Shown piece after piece: positions 51,723 to 64,000 of a stretch of 64,000 nt of DNA. This DNA is from Lama guanicoe (lineage: Eukaryota), in contig MU053520.1 in assembly GCA_013239625.1 (NCBI GenBank), positions 780,530-844,529 on the forward strand. The letters run 5' to 3'. Positions within the stretch are counted from its first letter, which is position 1. Every line of letters starts with the position of its first letter. The notes under the pieces are model-generated. The model was given only the letters and a program-made list of their open reading frames with translations, was not told where the DNA came from and did no database searches. A program made the translations under genes and the position numbers.

Positions 51723-51810
51723 AGGAGGGGTTATAACTCAGTGGTAGAGTGCATGCTATGCGTGCAAGAGGTCCTGGATTCAATCCCCAGGACCTCCATT
51801 AAACAAAAAA
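51723..51810 (+). mobile_element. tRNA-Ala-derived SINE (Vic-1 type), copy B
   Basis: ggaggggttataactcagtggtagagtgcatgctatgcgtgcaagaggtcctggattcaatccccaggacctcca followed by a short A-tail. Confidence 0.88.
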
Positions 51811-52246
51811 TCTTTCCTAAGGCTCTTTTTGTGTTTTTATTTTAAGTATGATTTTAACTTATTCACAATGTTAGATAAGAAATGGAAAAGTAAAATAGAA
51901 TTGTATTATAAGTGTACAAAATTTAATGTGTTATTAAAATGTAATAAATGTTAAAAAGATTAAAAATGAAAATTGTTTCTTATATACATCTAAAAATTGA
52001 GTTTATCTAAGTAGTTGATATATTAAAATCACAAAAGCAAAATAAAAATATAATTATAGATGTATTTTTATATCAATTATATTATAAAACAAAGTAATAA
52101 ATATCAACATATTAAATTATGTGAATAAGCTCAATCTGTTGTTTACTTTTAAAAACTAATCAACTCATAAATATATTAAAAAAAAAACCCTAAAACTCTT
52201 CACAATTCTAGCCTTCAGTGTTTCCTAGTTGCAAGTATAAATACTA

Positions 52247-52864
52247 CAAATGTTCATTATTTGCAGATTCTGTATTTGCAGATGGGCCTACATAGGAAGA
52301 TTTATCTGTAACCTCAAAATCAATACTCACAATTTTTTGCAGCCATTCCTGGACATGCACATTCCACAGAATGGTGAAAATTCAAGTGGCCTGAGGTGCA
52401 GGTTCCCAGCTGACATCAACAAAGCAAAGCTCAACCTTCTTGTTTCAACCCTCACACTGTAAAACAAGCATCCTTTTTGCCATCCATTTAATGTAAACTT
52501 TTTCTCAATTTTTTTGGTGCTTTTAGTTGGTAATTTCACTGTTTTAAATGGTTCCTAAGCATAAAAAGGCTGTGATTTGTTTTCTTAGTTCCTGTTGGGA
52601 GAAAATACATGCACAAGTTGAGTTTTGTTCAGGCATGGGTAACAGTGCTTTGGACCATGAGTTCGATGTTGATGAAACAAGACTATATACTAAATAGGGT
52701 GTCTTTAAGCAAATACATACGTAAAACAAGGTTGTCTATTGACCAATTGACAAAAATTTTCCCAGAGGCTCATGGAAACCTAACCCTATATTTCACCTAG
52801 GAGCAATGCTTCAGTGTTTAAGGCAATTTTACATAAAACATAACTACTGTTGAAGAATTTTCTG
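52247..52864 (+). mobile_element. TcMar-Tigger non-autonomous element (MER82-like)
   Basis: cattatttgcagattctgtatttgc...tgtaacctcaaaatcaatactc...gttcccagctga...cctaaccctatatttc...ctaggagcaatg; preceded by TA. Confidence 0.75.
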
Positions 52865-53825
52865 TTCTGTTTTATACGTCAAAGAGCATGTAGGCGTTCC
52901 ATGTGCTAAAGCAGATGTTGGATGAACATCTATCAGAGTTTTTGTGGAAACAATTCTTGGATTATACAAAAAAGTACACTAGAAGAACTCTTAGTTTCCT
53001 TCTGTTTAACTGGAGATAGAACAAAGATTCTAGATGAAGACAGAAGAGAGACAGTAAATCATTCCACAATCAGATGAAACAATTAGAAAACTAAACAAAA
53101 TGATTTATTAGGAGCTGTGAAACAGGGAACTTAGTCTCTGCCATAAACTCAAAAGCGGCAGTCAAGGAAAGAAACAGAAGATTCTGACGAGTTTCTTAAT
53201 CCTAATGCCAAAAAGGACACATAGGAAAATAAACCCCAAGGCAAAATATCATGAGAATTCCAACTACTGAATCTTGATTTCAAGGGAAATAGGTCCCAAC
53301 TGTAGAATCCGCTTAGTTTTATGAAAATAAGTGCCCACAATTTTTCAGGACACTGCTTTGAACTGGGAAATTATCACAAACCCAAGTATCCCTGCCTCCC
53401 CACAGCTGGGGAGGAAGGTGGGATATTTCACAAAACATCAGGACCAAGCTCTGATTCTTTCTTCCCATTCACCGTACCACTGCCCATAGTGCACTTAAGT
53501 TATGGGAAAGTGGACGAAAAGCAATACTCAACCTTACAACTGTAGGTCAGAGGGGATTATAAATAACTTAGATGGAGTGGCAAAAAATTCAAGGGAGATC
53601 TACTAACAAAATATCAAAGCCAAGAGCCATTGTGAATGGAACTGATCACACTGAAGAGAAATGGTGTTACCCCTGCTTGCTGCCAGAATTTCAAATGTAG
53701 CAGGGATGTGCAAAGAAAATACTGCTCCTTGGCTTTTTTTCCTGTAACTAAGCTGGTCGTTCTCACAACTACTCATTCAATGATTAGCTCAGGGGAAGGG
53801 GATGCAATAAATATCCTATATAGTT

Positions 53826-54060
53826 TAAAATTCCATCTAAGAGAGTAGATCTTAAAAGTTCTCTTCACAAGAGAAAAAATGTAACTAAGTATGGTGAGGG
53901 AATAAGGGATTAAGGGACTAAGTTAATTAGACTTATTGTGGTGATCATTTTACAATATATATAAATATTGCATCATTATGCTGTACTCTCAAAACTAAAA
54001 TAATGCTGTATGCCAATGATACTTTAATTACAAAAACAAAATGAAACAAAACAAAAAATA
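53826..54060 (+). mobile_element. L1 extreme 3' end (L1MA9-like)
   Basis: ctaagagagtagatcttaaaagttctc...gacttattgtggtgatcattttacaatatat...catcattatgctgtac, then an A-rich tail. Confidence 0.8.
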
Positions 54061-54329
54061 ACTCCATTAGATCCAAAATTGTGGTAAGCCCTTTCAAGGT
54101 AGTATTTAGTCTCCGGAATAGAAATCTCTCAGGTGGCTCCCCCTTTAGCAGGAAGAGGAAAGAAGGGTGTGGCTTCTCAAATAATGTCTGGCAGCAAAGA
54201 AGAGTCAGAATCCTGAGGTTTGATGTCCTTTGTGTCTTCTGGTCTGGAGACCATCTCTCTTATCTACCTTGGTGCTGCTCACCCTGCTGATGCTGGCAGC
54301 TTCTCTATCTACAGCTGGTGTCATCTTTG

Positions 54330-55215
54330 ATTTGGTCTCTCCACTCTTCACCAAGGCCAAGTATAATTAGATGCCTGATCTGGCAGCTTTTTAATGCTCT
54401 TGTCTTCTAATCCTATCATCTATGTCAATTTTGGATGTGTTTCTGTTGATTGTTCTTCTTTTTCTGGCTATGAATCATATTTTCTGCTTCTTTTGTTAAA
54501 TTTTGATTGAATATACACATCATGGATTTTACATGTTTACAGGGTATTGGATGTTTTCTGATATTACTGGCCTTTTTTTTTTTTCCTGGGATTTTTCAAA
54601 CCATTAAAAACCATTAGGATTGTGTTGTTTTTCTGGTCTGTTAAAACAGGTCCAGGGCAGATTTTTGTCTATGGCGAATTTGGCCCGTTGCTAAGCAACA
54701 CTTTTCTGAGGAATCCATCTAAAGCCGCATGTATCAGGAGATCTTTCCACTTTGGACGATGAGATTAGGAACTCTTCCCAGCACGGTGTGAGCTCTGGGG
54801 GTCGTGACAGTTACATGTGCACCTTGGTTCTCAGATTCAAAAGCATCTCTCTGCAGACCAGCACTCTCTACTTCTCTCTCTGGGAAGCTCTCCAGAGCTT
54901 TCTTCTTTGGTGATTTTGTCTAAAATTCCATCTGCCATGCCCTGCTCAAATTCCAAATGCTGTTGTCTTAACTCAGCCAGACCACCTGGGTTTGTTCACC
55001 TTTTCTCTCCCTGTGCTGGGCTTTGGGAAACTCCAGGCAGTAGGTTTTGGAAAATCACAGGATTCACCTTTGCTGTGTCCCTTCTCCTAAGAATCTGCTT
55101 CCCACAATGCCTGTGGCTCAATGTCTGAAAACAATTGCATATATTTTGCCTAGTTTTCTAATTGTCTGAGAGGAAAATGTAAATTTGTTTTCTTTACTCT
55201 AACATAACTGGAAGA
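54330..55215 (-). mobile_element. Old L1 5'/ORF1-proximal fragment
   Basis: gtcttctaatcctatcatctatgtc...gtttctgttgattg...catattttctgcttctttt...tgtctgaaaacaattgcatatattttgcctagttttcta. Confidence 0.55.
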
Positions 55216-57397
55216 CAAGTTAACTGTTATTTTCTAATTGTGGAATGAAACTTAATGTTCCCAAGAAAATGAATTTCAGGCCTCAGTGGGCAGATGAACG
55301 GAATAATGTTTGTTGTGTGGTTGTTTTCTTTTCCCCCCAGTTGGGTTTCTTTTTAGTTCTGTAGAAATGGCAGCCTACTCTGTTTTCCCACAAGGCCAAC
55401 CTCCTCGTTATCTGTTTCCACTCCCGACAGTTACTGAAACATTCTGTATGAACCATTGAGCATACTAGTTTTTGGTATTCTTACGAATATCAAGACTCCC
55501 CATTTTGTCATTGGATAAGAGAGACCTAACGTTACCTCTTTTGGCAATATTTGTTAATTGATATTTTCAGACATGCACAAGATGAACATTTAAAAAAGTG
55601 AATATGCCCTCCATCCTGAACATTCCGATTCAGAAGGACTAGACAGATGAAGTTTCTTTAGATGCAATCTACAGCTTGGAATCATTTATTTCATTGGTTA
55701 TCCTTTAATGTTCTGTTGATCAGAATTCTATTCTTCAGGATTATCTGAATAACAGTTTCCATAACATAATCATAATAGGAGCTGGTGTTAGTGACTGCAT
55801 AATCATAAACTGTCCTCTTGGAAATCAAAATGTAATCATTTTGTATATTTTTATGTTAAATGTTCTTATTTTGAAAATTAGCGAGTCTATTGTAAATTAT
55901 ATACTAATTCCTCCTTTACCTAAATATGGAGGAATTAATCTTTCCAATATCAGACTGCATAGTAGATTTTCTTTACGAAGATCTAGATTTATAAATAGAT
56001 AAACAGCATTTCTTCAAAGAAAATAATGTAGGTCTCCTTTACTTGATGACATCTCAAACATGTAATGACTATGTTACAGTTTCATTTACTCATATAAAAA
56101 AAAATGCCTTTGCAGGCTCTGGGTTCAGTGCTGCAGATACAGATTTGACTGAGATACAATCCTTGCTAGCAGACAGCTAACAAATCAAACAAGATCAGAG
56201 GATTGTTAGTGGAAGCTAATGGAGTTAAAGATGGCCCTAGCAAAAAATAAAATAAAATATCATTTATTATTTTTAAAAATTCAATTTTAGAAGTCTACTT
56301 TGAGTCAGCTAACTTTTGAGATAACTTTGGTGTCATTTAACACATCTTAGAGTGAAAATAAAATTGATTCAGAATGTCTAAATACAGCACTGACATCAGC
56401 ACCACCACGGACATTTATTTCAAATCTTTCACAACACTTTTCAGTGATGCATTCCCTCACCCCCCCTACCGGCAGCCACAAAGATGCTGTAATTGGAAGA
56501 AAAATACTTTGCAATTACAGGTTTGAGTTGTTCACCTCTGTGGCAGAGATCTGTTGTAGATGTGGTACTTGAAAGTTACAGGGAGATGCCCTTTTAAGGA
56601 CTTAAAACTCAGTTTACACTTTGCTAAGCAATAAGCAGTGAGCACAAATAAAGATATACAAAAACCAGCTTAAAGAGACAAAAGGACTCAGAGGCCAGAC
56701 ACTCCTCAATAATCTGATAGAATTCAAATGTGTCAGTCAGAAGAGGAGGCTAGCTTGCTTCAAAGGAAGCAACAGAGAAATAAAGATCTCTCTCTCCACC
56801 CTGAATCCACCAGGAGAAGATAAAAACTTACGAGCAAGGTTTACAAGTAAGGCTATCTTTTTAGTGAGATGAGTGTATACTAAACAATTTATCCTTTTAC
56901 TCTGATTCTCTTTAAGCAACATTCTGGTCATAATTGTGTTTTACATATAGGTGTGTCCACAGTGACCAAACGTGTGAATCATTTTTTCTCCATTATAAAT
57001 GAGTACATTTCCATGATGTCTCAATGGATAAGTTTTATGAGTCCAGCTGATATGAGACTTTGCCTAAGAAATGAGTCCAATTTTTTTTTTATGAGAAAAC
57101 TAAATTAAGTTTCTGAGCCAGAAAGATTGAGACAGACTTGGTAAATTCACTTATATTGACAATACACACCGTTCGGTGTGTTTAACAGTATCCATCTTTG
57201 TACTCTCTTCCACTGTCAGGTAGAATGGTCAGTGATCTTTTTATTCGCTCACACTTACAATGTCCTATTTTGTTTTGTCTCTTGTGGGCCAAATTAAATA
57301 CAGCTTTGCTTGTCAGCTGCCTCTTTAAGACAGAGGATGCAGCTAGGTTCAGAGAGGTGCAATGCAGCTAGGAGAGGTGCCTTTAAAATGTGTCACT

Positions 57398-57733
57398 TGA
57401 AGAGCTATAACATGGGTGAACCTTGAAAAAACTATGCTAAGAGAAAGAAGCCAGACTCAAAGGCTACATATTTTATGATTTCACTTCTACAAAGTCTCCA
57501 AAATAGGACACCTAGAGAGACAGAAAGTAGCTTAGCGTTTGCTAGAGTCTGGGGGAAGGGAGATGGGGGAGTGAAGACTGATGGGTACAGAGTTTTGTAG
57601 GTGGGTGAAGATGTTCTGGAATTATGTAATGGTGACTGGTTACACATCCCTATAAATATACTAAAACCCAGTGACTCGCACACTTTAAAAGGGTGAATTC
57701 GAAGGTATGTGAATTATATCTCAACTTTTTAAA
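57398..57733 (+). mobile_element. L1MB-like 3' end
   Basis: acatgggtgaaccttgaaaaactatgctaag...agccagac...gagacagaaagtag...cactttaaaagggtgaatt...gtatgtgaattatatctcaa. Confidence 0.85.
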
Positions 57734-58964
57734 TGTTCATAGAGGTCACGACATCAGAGTAACTGAATTTCAAGTGATTTTTTTTTTTTACTTTTTACAT
57801 TTCTGTATAGATTATTTATGCTTACAATGAAAAAAATCAGAAATGAATGATGAAGCAGGCTTCATTAGAAGGTGGGAAAAACTATCTAAAACCAGGCCAC
57901 TTAGAAATTCAGATAGACATATCTGACCAAAACCATAAGTGGCCTCAAAAGAGTAAAAACTTGAAAACTCTATTTCAATTCTCTCTAGCTGGTATTGGTT
58001 CTAATCAACAACACACTAAGTATAAAGTTTTAAGTCCTTGATTTCCCCCATATAGAATATGTACTGATACAGATATTTATATAGGATTTACTGAAATGTA
58101 AGGGTTTATTTTGTCATTCATTTCTTCAATAAATAATTCTTGAGCAGCTACTATGTGACAAGAACTGTGTGAGATAAAAAGTTGTGTGAGCAACCACTAG
58201 GTTCTTCCCCAAAGTGTTCCTTGTAACAACGGTCAAGGATGAAGAGCTGGATTGGGGAACATACGGGATTGACCTGTCATAGCTTTTGATACATCTTTCC
58301 ATTCTTAACGCAAATGCTTAGGAAAATGAAGGATTTCTTTTGCTTTTCTTCCAAACAGCCCCACTTTATGTATAGATATTGAAGACGATGTGGGAAATAA
58401 ATTCTTAAGTGGGTTCTAGCCTACTTACAATGAGAGAAAGACCTTCAGAGATGAGTTAGCATATTCTGTGGTGTTACTCATAGACACCTGGCAACTGACA
58501 ACATTTAGAAGTGAATGAACCATTTCCTGAGCTTCACACATCTTGTCCTACACAGTTGGAAGTGGCCATCGAAACAATAATTTGTATCAGTAATTCTTAT
58601 TCACTTTGAGATTTGTAGAACATCTTTGGAAATTTGATTCTTTTGCCTCCTTCTTTTCCAGAAAAAGAAATGTGTATAGGTACATATAATTGAAAAGTTA
58701 TATACATTTCAAGGAGCTGGTATTTTTCTTGAAAACATCATAAAGACCTTTACTTAAGAACAGCTCAGATAGAAAAATACCATGTTAATATAGATCAATA
58801 CATTTTCAGTTAATTCAATAAATCAAATGAATTATATATAAAATGTTTAGAATAGTGTCTGGCTCACAGTAAGTATCCAGTGAATGTTACATAAGTTAAA
58901 TAATTTCCCCTGTATTGTAGTTACATTAGGTTTCTCATGTACTATGTACTTTCTTAAATGCTGG

Positions 58965-59170
58965 ACTAATAATAGCTAACATCTTCTGTGTTTGTTTATA
59001 GGCCAGACATTAATTTAATGTTTCTAATTATCCTAAGCAGTAGATATTTTAATGCACACTGTTTTATAGATGAAGAAACTGAGTCTACAGCAGTGATCTT
59101 GCCCAATGCCAGCAGGGTTTGTGCTAAAATCTCGCGTTTCTGATTTCAGAGCCCAGCTCTTTCTCCCTTG
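58965..59170 (-). mobile_element. MIR fragment
   Basis: taataatagctaacat...ttttatagatgaagaaactgag...cttgccca. Confidence 0.65.
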
Positions 59171-59798
59171 TGATATGCCACTGTTGGTTGATTTCATGCA
59201 TCTTATTCAGAACTTCTCTGGGGTGATTCACTTACATCACCAAGTTGAACATATCTACCTTAAAAGAGGAATTTTGATCAGTATCAACTCAGAGCAAAGC
59301 TAAAATGAGAGAGAGACCAAACTCCCTACTTAAACTAAATGTCAAAAATTTGCATCAGCAGTGTGCTCCATCCAAGTGGTACCTTTTCATAAAAGTCAAA
59401 GAATATATAAATTATCAAAAAAATTTTTTGTCAAGTGAACTCTATCCCCTACTCACCACATTAGAAGAGGCTGAATATTTCAATTCCTACGCTTTTAATA
59501 TTAAGAATTCTAGGACACATTTGAAAGGTTATATAGTTTGCAAATGGAGTGAGGCCTTGCACCTTGCTTTTGCCTTATTACAGTGTCAGTCAAAGATGCT
59601 ATAGCTTAAAATATCCTTAGCTAAAACTCAGATTTGGGAATTTTTAATCTCAAGAGATGATTAACACATTTTCTTTCTGTTTTCCTTAAGAGTCAAATCA
59701 CTTTTTTTTTTTTATACTTGTCTAAGATGTTCTGGTTTTAAATATTTCTTTAGATGAAAAACTACCTGAATCTTAAATGTTCAGATATAAGAAAAAAA

Positions 59799-59816
59799 AG
59801 AGAGAGAGAGAGAGAG
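59799..59816 (+). repeat. (AG)n microsatellite
   Basis: Directly visible. Confidence 0.85.
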
Positions 59817-61527
59817 CTCTTTATGTCTGAATCCTTAAGAAGGCAGAAAAATTCAGAAAGATATGGTTTGTAATCAGACTGCCTTTCTGATCCAGTGATG
59901 AAACTAAAGGCCCAATAGAAAGATAACCCAATTTATCTGTCACAATTCAATTGAATTTCTAGGAATCTGAAAAGTTAGGACTTCTGGATTTAAAAGAGCT
60001 AGTAAGTGCTAGTAAGTAAGTAAATAAGTAAGCTAGTAAGAAAGGGATGGAAGCCCCTGTGTTAAATAGAATCTTGCCTTTTGAAATTTTCAGGATTTTT
60101 TTTTCCTATTAATTTCATCTTTTTTCCTATTACCTCTTCCTCCCCAGAAAACACACTGCCCAACCAACTAAACTGTTATTATCTTCCCATATTCCACCAG
60201 ACATTACATTTTTTTAAACAGTCAGTGGAAAAAATAGTTTTGTGAATAGTTAAATGAGGTCCAAAAAGAGAAAAGAGGTTAAAGTGTAGTGAGAATCCTA
60301 GGGAAATAGCTAAGTATTTAGAAGTGGAGGGGGCATGTCAAGGAGAGGTCATGAGAAGAAAAACTATAAAGTGTCCCACTGCAGCCCTCCCCATCAAACA
60401 CATTTAATGAGTTATAGAAAGATGCCTGCCACCAGGGAGGCGGGTGAGCAGACAACATGCCTCCAAATTCCCTGGCATCCTTTCCCCCAGGTTCTACTCT
60501 GAGTTATGTCTTCAGCAGAATCTGAGCTGACTGGAGAGTGGAGGGGCAGGGCAGCTGTAGCTACTTCTCTGGACTGTTTCCATGGTTTAATGGGTGTGCA
60601 GGCAGGTGAATTCTACTAAAATGCTATACTAGTCTGGGGCAGGGGGTCTGGACATAAGGAACAAGATGCTGTGAGTGTCACAGAGGCAAGTAAAGATTTA
60701 CCATATATTATTCCTGTATACTTCCTCCCCACCAGTGTGCCATGGCACTCTGGTATGACCCAGGTGGGTCACAAGCATGCTCAGATACAGATGCCCTCAG
60801 CCCACAAGGCAGCTGGATGATTCTTACACCAGCAGGCCACAGAAAGATGGTCATTTTGTATGAGACCAATGATGGGAAATACATTGGGAAGTACTTCCCA
60901 TACAGTGCATGGTCCACACCTCTATCATAGCTCTAGGTAATTTCTATTAATCAAGCACATTAATATTACATTCCAGGAACTTAACATGCACTAAGTCATT
61001 TAACCCTCATAGTGACTTAACAAGATATTGACTAAGCTCATTTTACGTTCGAAGAAATAGAAGCCCATAAATATAAAGAAGCAGCTGAAGCCCAGACAAG
61101 CAAAACAGAGGAACTCAGACCCATCTTATTCCAGCTTCTATGATCCTCTCAATCTCTTCAAAGGCCCCACTCTTTAAGAAAAATAGCTTCTTAAAACCCT
61201 TTCTTTCCCCCTAGACTAAGCTTCTTCAGAAGCAAGAAAGTGTCATGTTCATATCTGGCTTCTTAGAGCCAGGCACATATATCCACGCTCCTGAAATACT
61301 GAAGACTTGCTATGTGAAGCTTCCAAGCATTCAAGGAAAAAAATGTTTCCACTAAATGGAGCCAACGAGACATTTCCCCACTACCCAGGTTGCAGGAATA
61401 TGAGGACAATTTTCCCATTTTTTCCTTTATTCATCCTCTCATCTAAGCTAGTAAGAACACACGTGGAAACTGCCATAGAGTATTGTTATATCCTGAAATC
61501 TGATGAACAGGCACCCCTTTATCTGGA

Positions 61528-61553
61528 CACACACACACACACACACACACACA
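61528..61553 (+). repeat. (AC)n microsatellite
   Basis: Directly visible. Confidence 0.95.
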
Positions 61554-62068
61554 ACAGAAAGACCTATTCCTCTACACATTCTGATATTTACTGGGGGACC
61601 CTGCCCTGAGAGGCAAAACCTGCAAACCCTAAACAAAGGGATAATTCAAAAATATGCAGCTCCTGAGAGGAATCCCCAACCCAGCAAAGCAAAATGAACT
61701 CAGGTAAGAAATACTCCAAAGGCAGTGTCTTATTTCAGCCAAGTGATAAATGCATGGTGAGACTTTAAGTCTTATCTACCTACCTCTTTTCTAGGTAGAA
61801 TTGAGTGGTGAGGTAGTTGTCAAAAGGATATGCATAGAGATAAATTTATCTGCTTTGAAAAATTAACTCAGATATGGTCAGTCAGAAAATAACTCTGATT
61901 TGGCTGACTGGTTGGCCAAGGAGGTTTGGCTTTTTTTTTTTCCCTTCCTTTGGATTAATACAGTAAATATTTTCCGTAAACGGAATGAGGGGATTCTACA
62001 GCTCAAAGTTTTAAGAAAGTTGTAACTAACCAATATAAACAGCATGCTGGGAATTAACCACCACAATT

Positions 62069-62596
62069 TGTAATACGGAGAGCTAGGAAGCTACTCCGTG
62101 GTGTTGTTGCCTCCGCAACCACTTGCTTGGCCAAGTGGCCTTTGAGGGCCTTGAACTGACATTAGCCCCTCATGCAAGCACATGCCTTAGATGACAGCCT
62201 GCAGTAAATGCAAGTTCTCAATATGACTTCCCCAGTGACTCTTGTGATAAACAGTGTCTCCACTTCCCAGGGTCTTCCCTTTGTGTACTCCTTAGGTAAG
62301 ACCCCAAGGAGCTTACAAAACCCCCACTCCTTTTGGTGTGAATTGGCCAATCAGTGTTAGCCTGGAAACTCTAATGTACTGTATCCATAGACATTAATAA
62401 AGTCATGTGCCCCAGCTCTTGCCCCTCTCTCTGCCTATACGCTGCTTTGATCTCCCTGTGAGGTCCCTAGAGGCATGTCATGTGCTTCCTCCAGGATCTG
62501 TGAGTAATACACTTCTCTATTTCAATTCTCTGTGGGCCTTGGTTGAACTCTGGCTCACCATCAGACACCTACTTAAGAATGTTAATTTAATAGTCA
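62069..62596 (+). mobile_element. ERVL solo LTR (MER74-like)
   Basis: Starts tgtaat; contains ggccaatca, aataaaag and caggatctgtgagtaata; possible 5-bp TSD caatt/caatg. Confidence 0.55.
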
Positions 62597-62777
62597 CAAT
62601 GACCAAGATAAAATTAGGTGTCAACTTAAATGTGTGAAGGGACAAACAGTTATTGTAAATAACATTTTATGAGGCATATAAACAAAAAGATGTGTGGACA
62701 ACTTGCTTGGACCAACTCTGACACTGCATTTAGATCTGAGAGCCGCAATTTTAAAATGATGCTCATAGATGCATTTT

Positions 62778-63547
62778 TTAATTGTTATATTCAGTTTATA
62801 ATGTGTCAATTTCTGGTGTACAGCACAATTTTTCAGTCGTACATGAATATACCTATATTCATTTTCATATTCTTTTTTACTGTGAGCTACTACAAGATCT
62901 TATATATATTTCCCTGTGCTATAAAGTATAAACTTGTTTATCTATTCCATAATACCTGCCAGTATCTACAAATCTCTAACTCCTAGTCTGTCCCTTCCAA
63001 TCCCCCTCTCCCCTGGCAACCACAAATTTGTATTCTGTCTGTGAGTCTGTTTCTGTTTTATATTTAAGCTCATTTGTCTTCTTCTCTTTATTTTAGATTC
63101 CACATATGAGTGATATCATATGATATTTTTCTTTCTCTTTCTGGCTTACTTCATGTAGAATGACATTCTCCAGGGACATCCATGTTGCTGCAAATGGCAT
63201 TATGTTGTCATTTTTACAGCTGAATAGTATTCCATTGTGTAATGCAGTATCCCACTGCAAAGAAACCTCACAACTTCTTCCAGTCATCTGTTGATGGACA
63301 TTTAGGCTGTTTCCATGTCTTCGCTATTGTAAATAGTGCTGCTATGAATATTGGGGTGCAGGGATATTTTTGGAGTAGGTTTCCTTCTGAATATATGCCC
63401 AGGAGTGGGATTGCTGGGTCATATGTTAAATCTATTTTTAGTCTTTTAAAGAATCTCCATACTGTTTTCCATATTGGCTGCACCAAACTGCATTCCCACC
63501 AGCAGTGTAGGAGGCTTCCCTTTTCTCCACAGCCTCTCCAGCATTTA
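62778..63547 (-). mobile_element. Young camelid-type L1 3' end, antisense
   Basis: Reverse-complement homology to 29392-30074; ORF 63268-63486 reads as the L1 ORF2 C-terminus ([11 protein letters not shown]...[11 protein letters not shown]...PKCPSTDDW); TSD atagatgcatttt (62765-62777) / atagatgcctttt (63548-63560). Confidence 0.93.
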
Positions 63548-63589
63548 ATAGATGCCTTTTCTTCAGAATAGAGCAGTCCTTATCATTCT

Positions 63590-63900
63590 TGGAATGGTTG
63601 AAGCAACTGAAGAATATTAAGCTATTTAGCCTAAAGAAGAACTGACCCTGATTACTTTAAAGACTATTTTTGGAAATGGAATAAATTCCTTACAAATTTT
63701 CTAGAAGACAGAATTAGAATTAGGAAGTTCACTGCTTTCAACCAAGCAGATTTCTACCTATTATTAGGTAACCCCTCCTCAACCCACTGAGCTGTCCAAA
63801 GCTGCAGTGGATTTCCAACTCTGAGCAGGTCTGAGCACTGGCTAGAGAAATGCTTGGAGGGAGTGGTGTGGTGAGCTACCTCCAGCTCCCAGGCATGAGA
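63590..63900 (+). mobile_element. CR1/L3-like ancient LINE fragment
   Basis: tggttgaagcaactg...tatttagcctaaagaagaa...agaagacagaattaga...gcagatttc...gagctgtccaaa. Confidence 0.45.
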
Positions 63901-64000
63901 AGACTTAGCAGGTACAATGACTAGCTAGTTATTGAACTTGGTCTAAACCCTAAAGAAGAAAAGTTAATCAAACTCTTTCTTAGTAATGGTCCATTTTCTG

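Noticed and set aside
51582..51800. tRNA-Ala genes (also 8304-8376)
   Set aside because: The stems are mismatched, and A-rich tails replace a T-run terminator. These are SINEs, not tRNA genes.
55905..55937. 10-bp inverted repeat taattcctcc / ggaggaatta as a miRNA-like or terminator hairpin
   Set aside because: The stem is too short for a pre-miRNA, and about one such repeat is expected by chance in 64 kb.
59996..60045. Short repeated gctagtaag/taag units as a repeat-spacer or CRISPR-like array
   Set aside because: This is a low-complexity slippage repeat with no spacers, in a eukaryotic context.
60742..60930. 62-aa ORF MALWYDPGG... starting in a good Kozak context (gccATGG)
   Set aside because: I recognise no homology, promoter or splice support; it is most likely a chance ORF.
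63268..63486. L1 ORF2-like peptides (also 3862-4326 and 17743-17937) as functional CDS
   Set aside because: These are 5'-truncated, stop- or frameshift-containing retrotransposon remnants with no endonuclease or reverse transcriptase domain.
1..64000. The many 60-127 aa ORFs in the supplied track as genes
   Set aside because: They are short, often start at GTG/TTG, mostly overlap repeats and show no recognisable domains; this is the expected background in mammalian non-coding DNA.

Overview
This is AT-rich, CpG-depleted mammalian DNA, either intergenic or deep intronic. I found no protein-coding exon, RNA gene, CpG island or CRISPR array that I can support; the listed ORFs are chance ORFs or degenerate L1 ORF2 remnants. 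Three tRNA-Ala-derived SINEs of the Vic-1 type, four young L1 3' ends with target-site duplications (TSDs), and the absence of Alu, B1/B2, Bov-A/BovB and PRE-1 point to a camelid genome (inference). Much of the window is recognisable transposon debris: L1, L2, MIR, CR1/L3, MaLR/ERVL/ERV1 LTRs, hAT and Tigger elements. Family names come from my recollection of consensus sequences, and boundaries of old elements are approximate (about +/-30-50 bp). The most notable structures are (1) an ~0.82-kb near-perfect tandem duplication at 8886-10535 whose copies look like two alleles, so it may be an assembly artefact; (2) repeat-free, motif-dense enhancer-like islands (PBX-HOX plus MEIS at ~34.75 kb, octamer/HOX at ~51 kb, NF-Y/YY1 at ~48.3 kb); (3) an unclassified solo LTR; (4) a head-to-tail SINE pair; and (5) a few weak minus-strand non-coding exon candidates. 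I see no convincing novel biological system.
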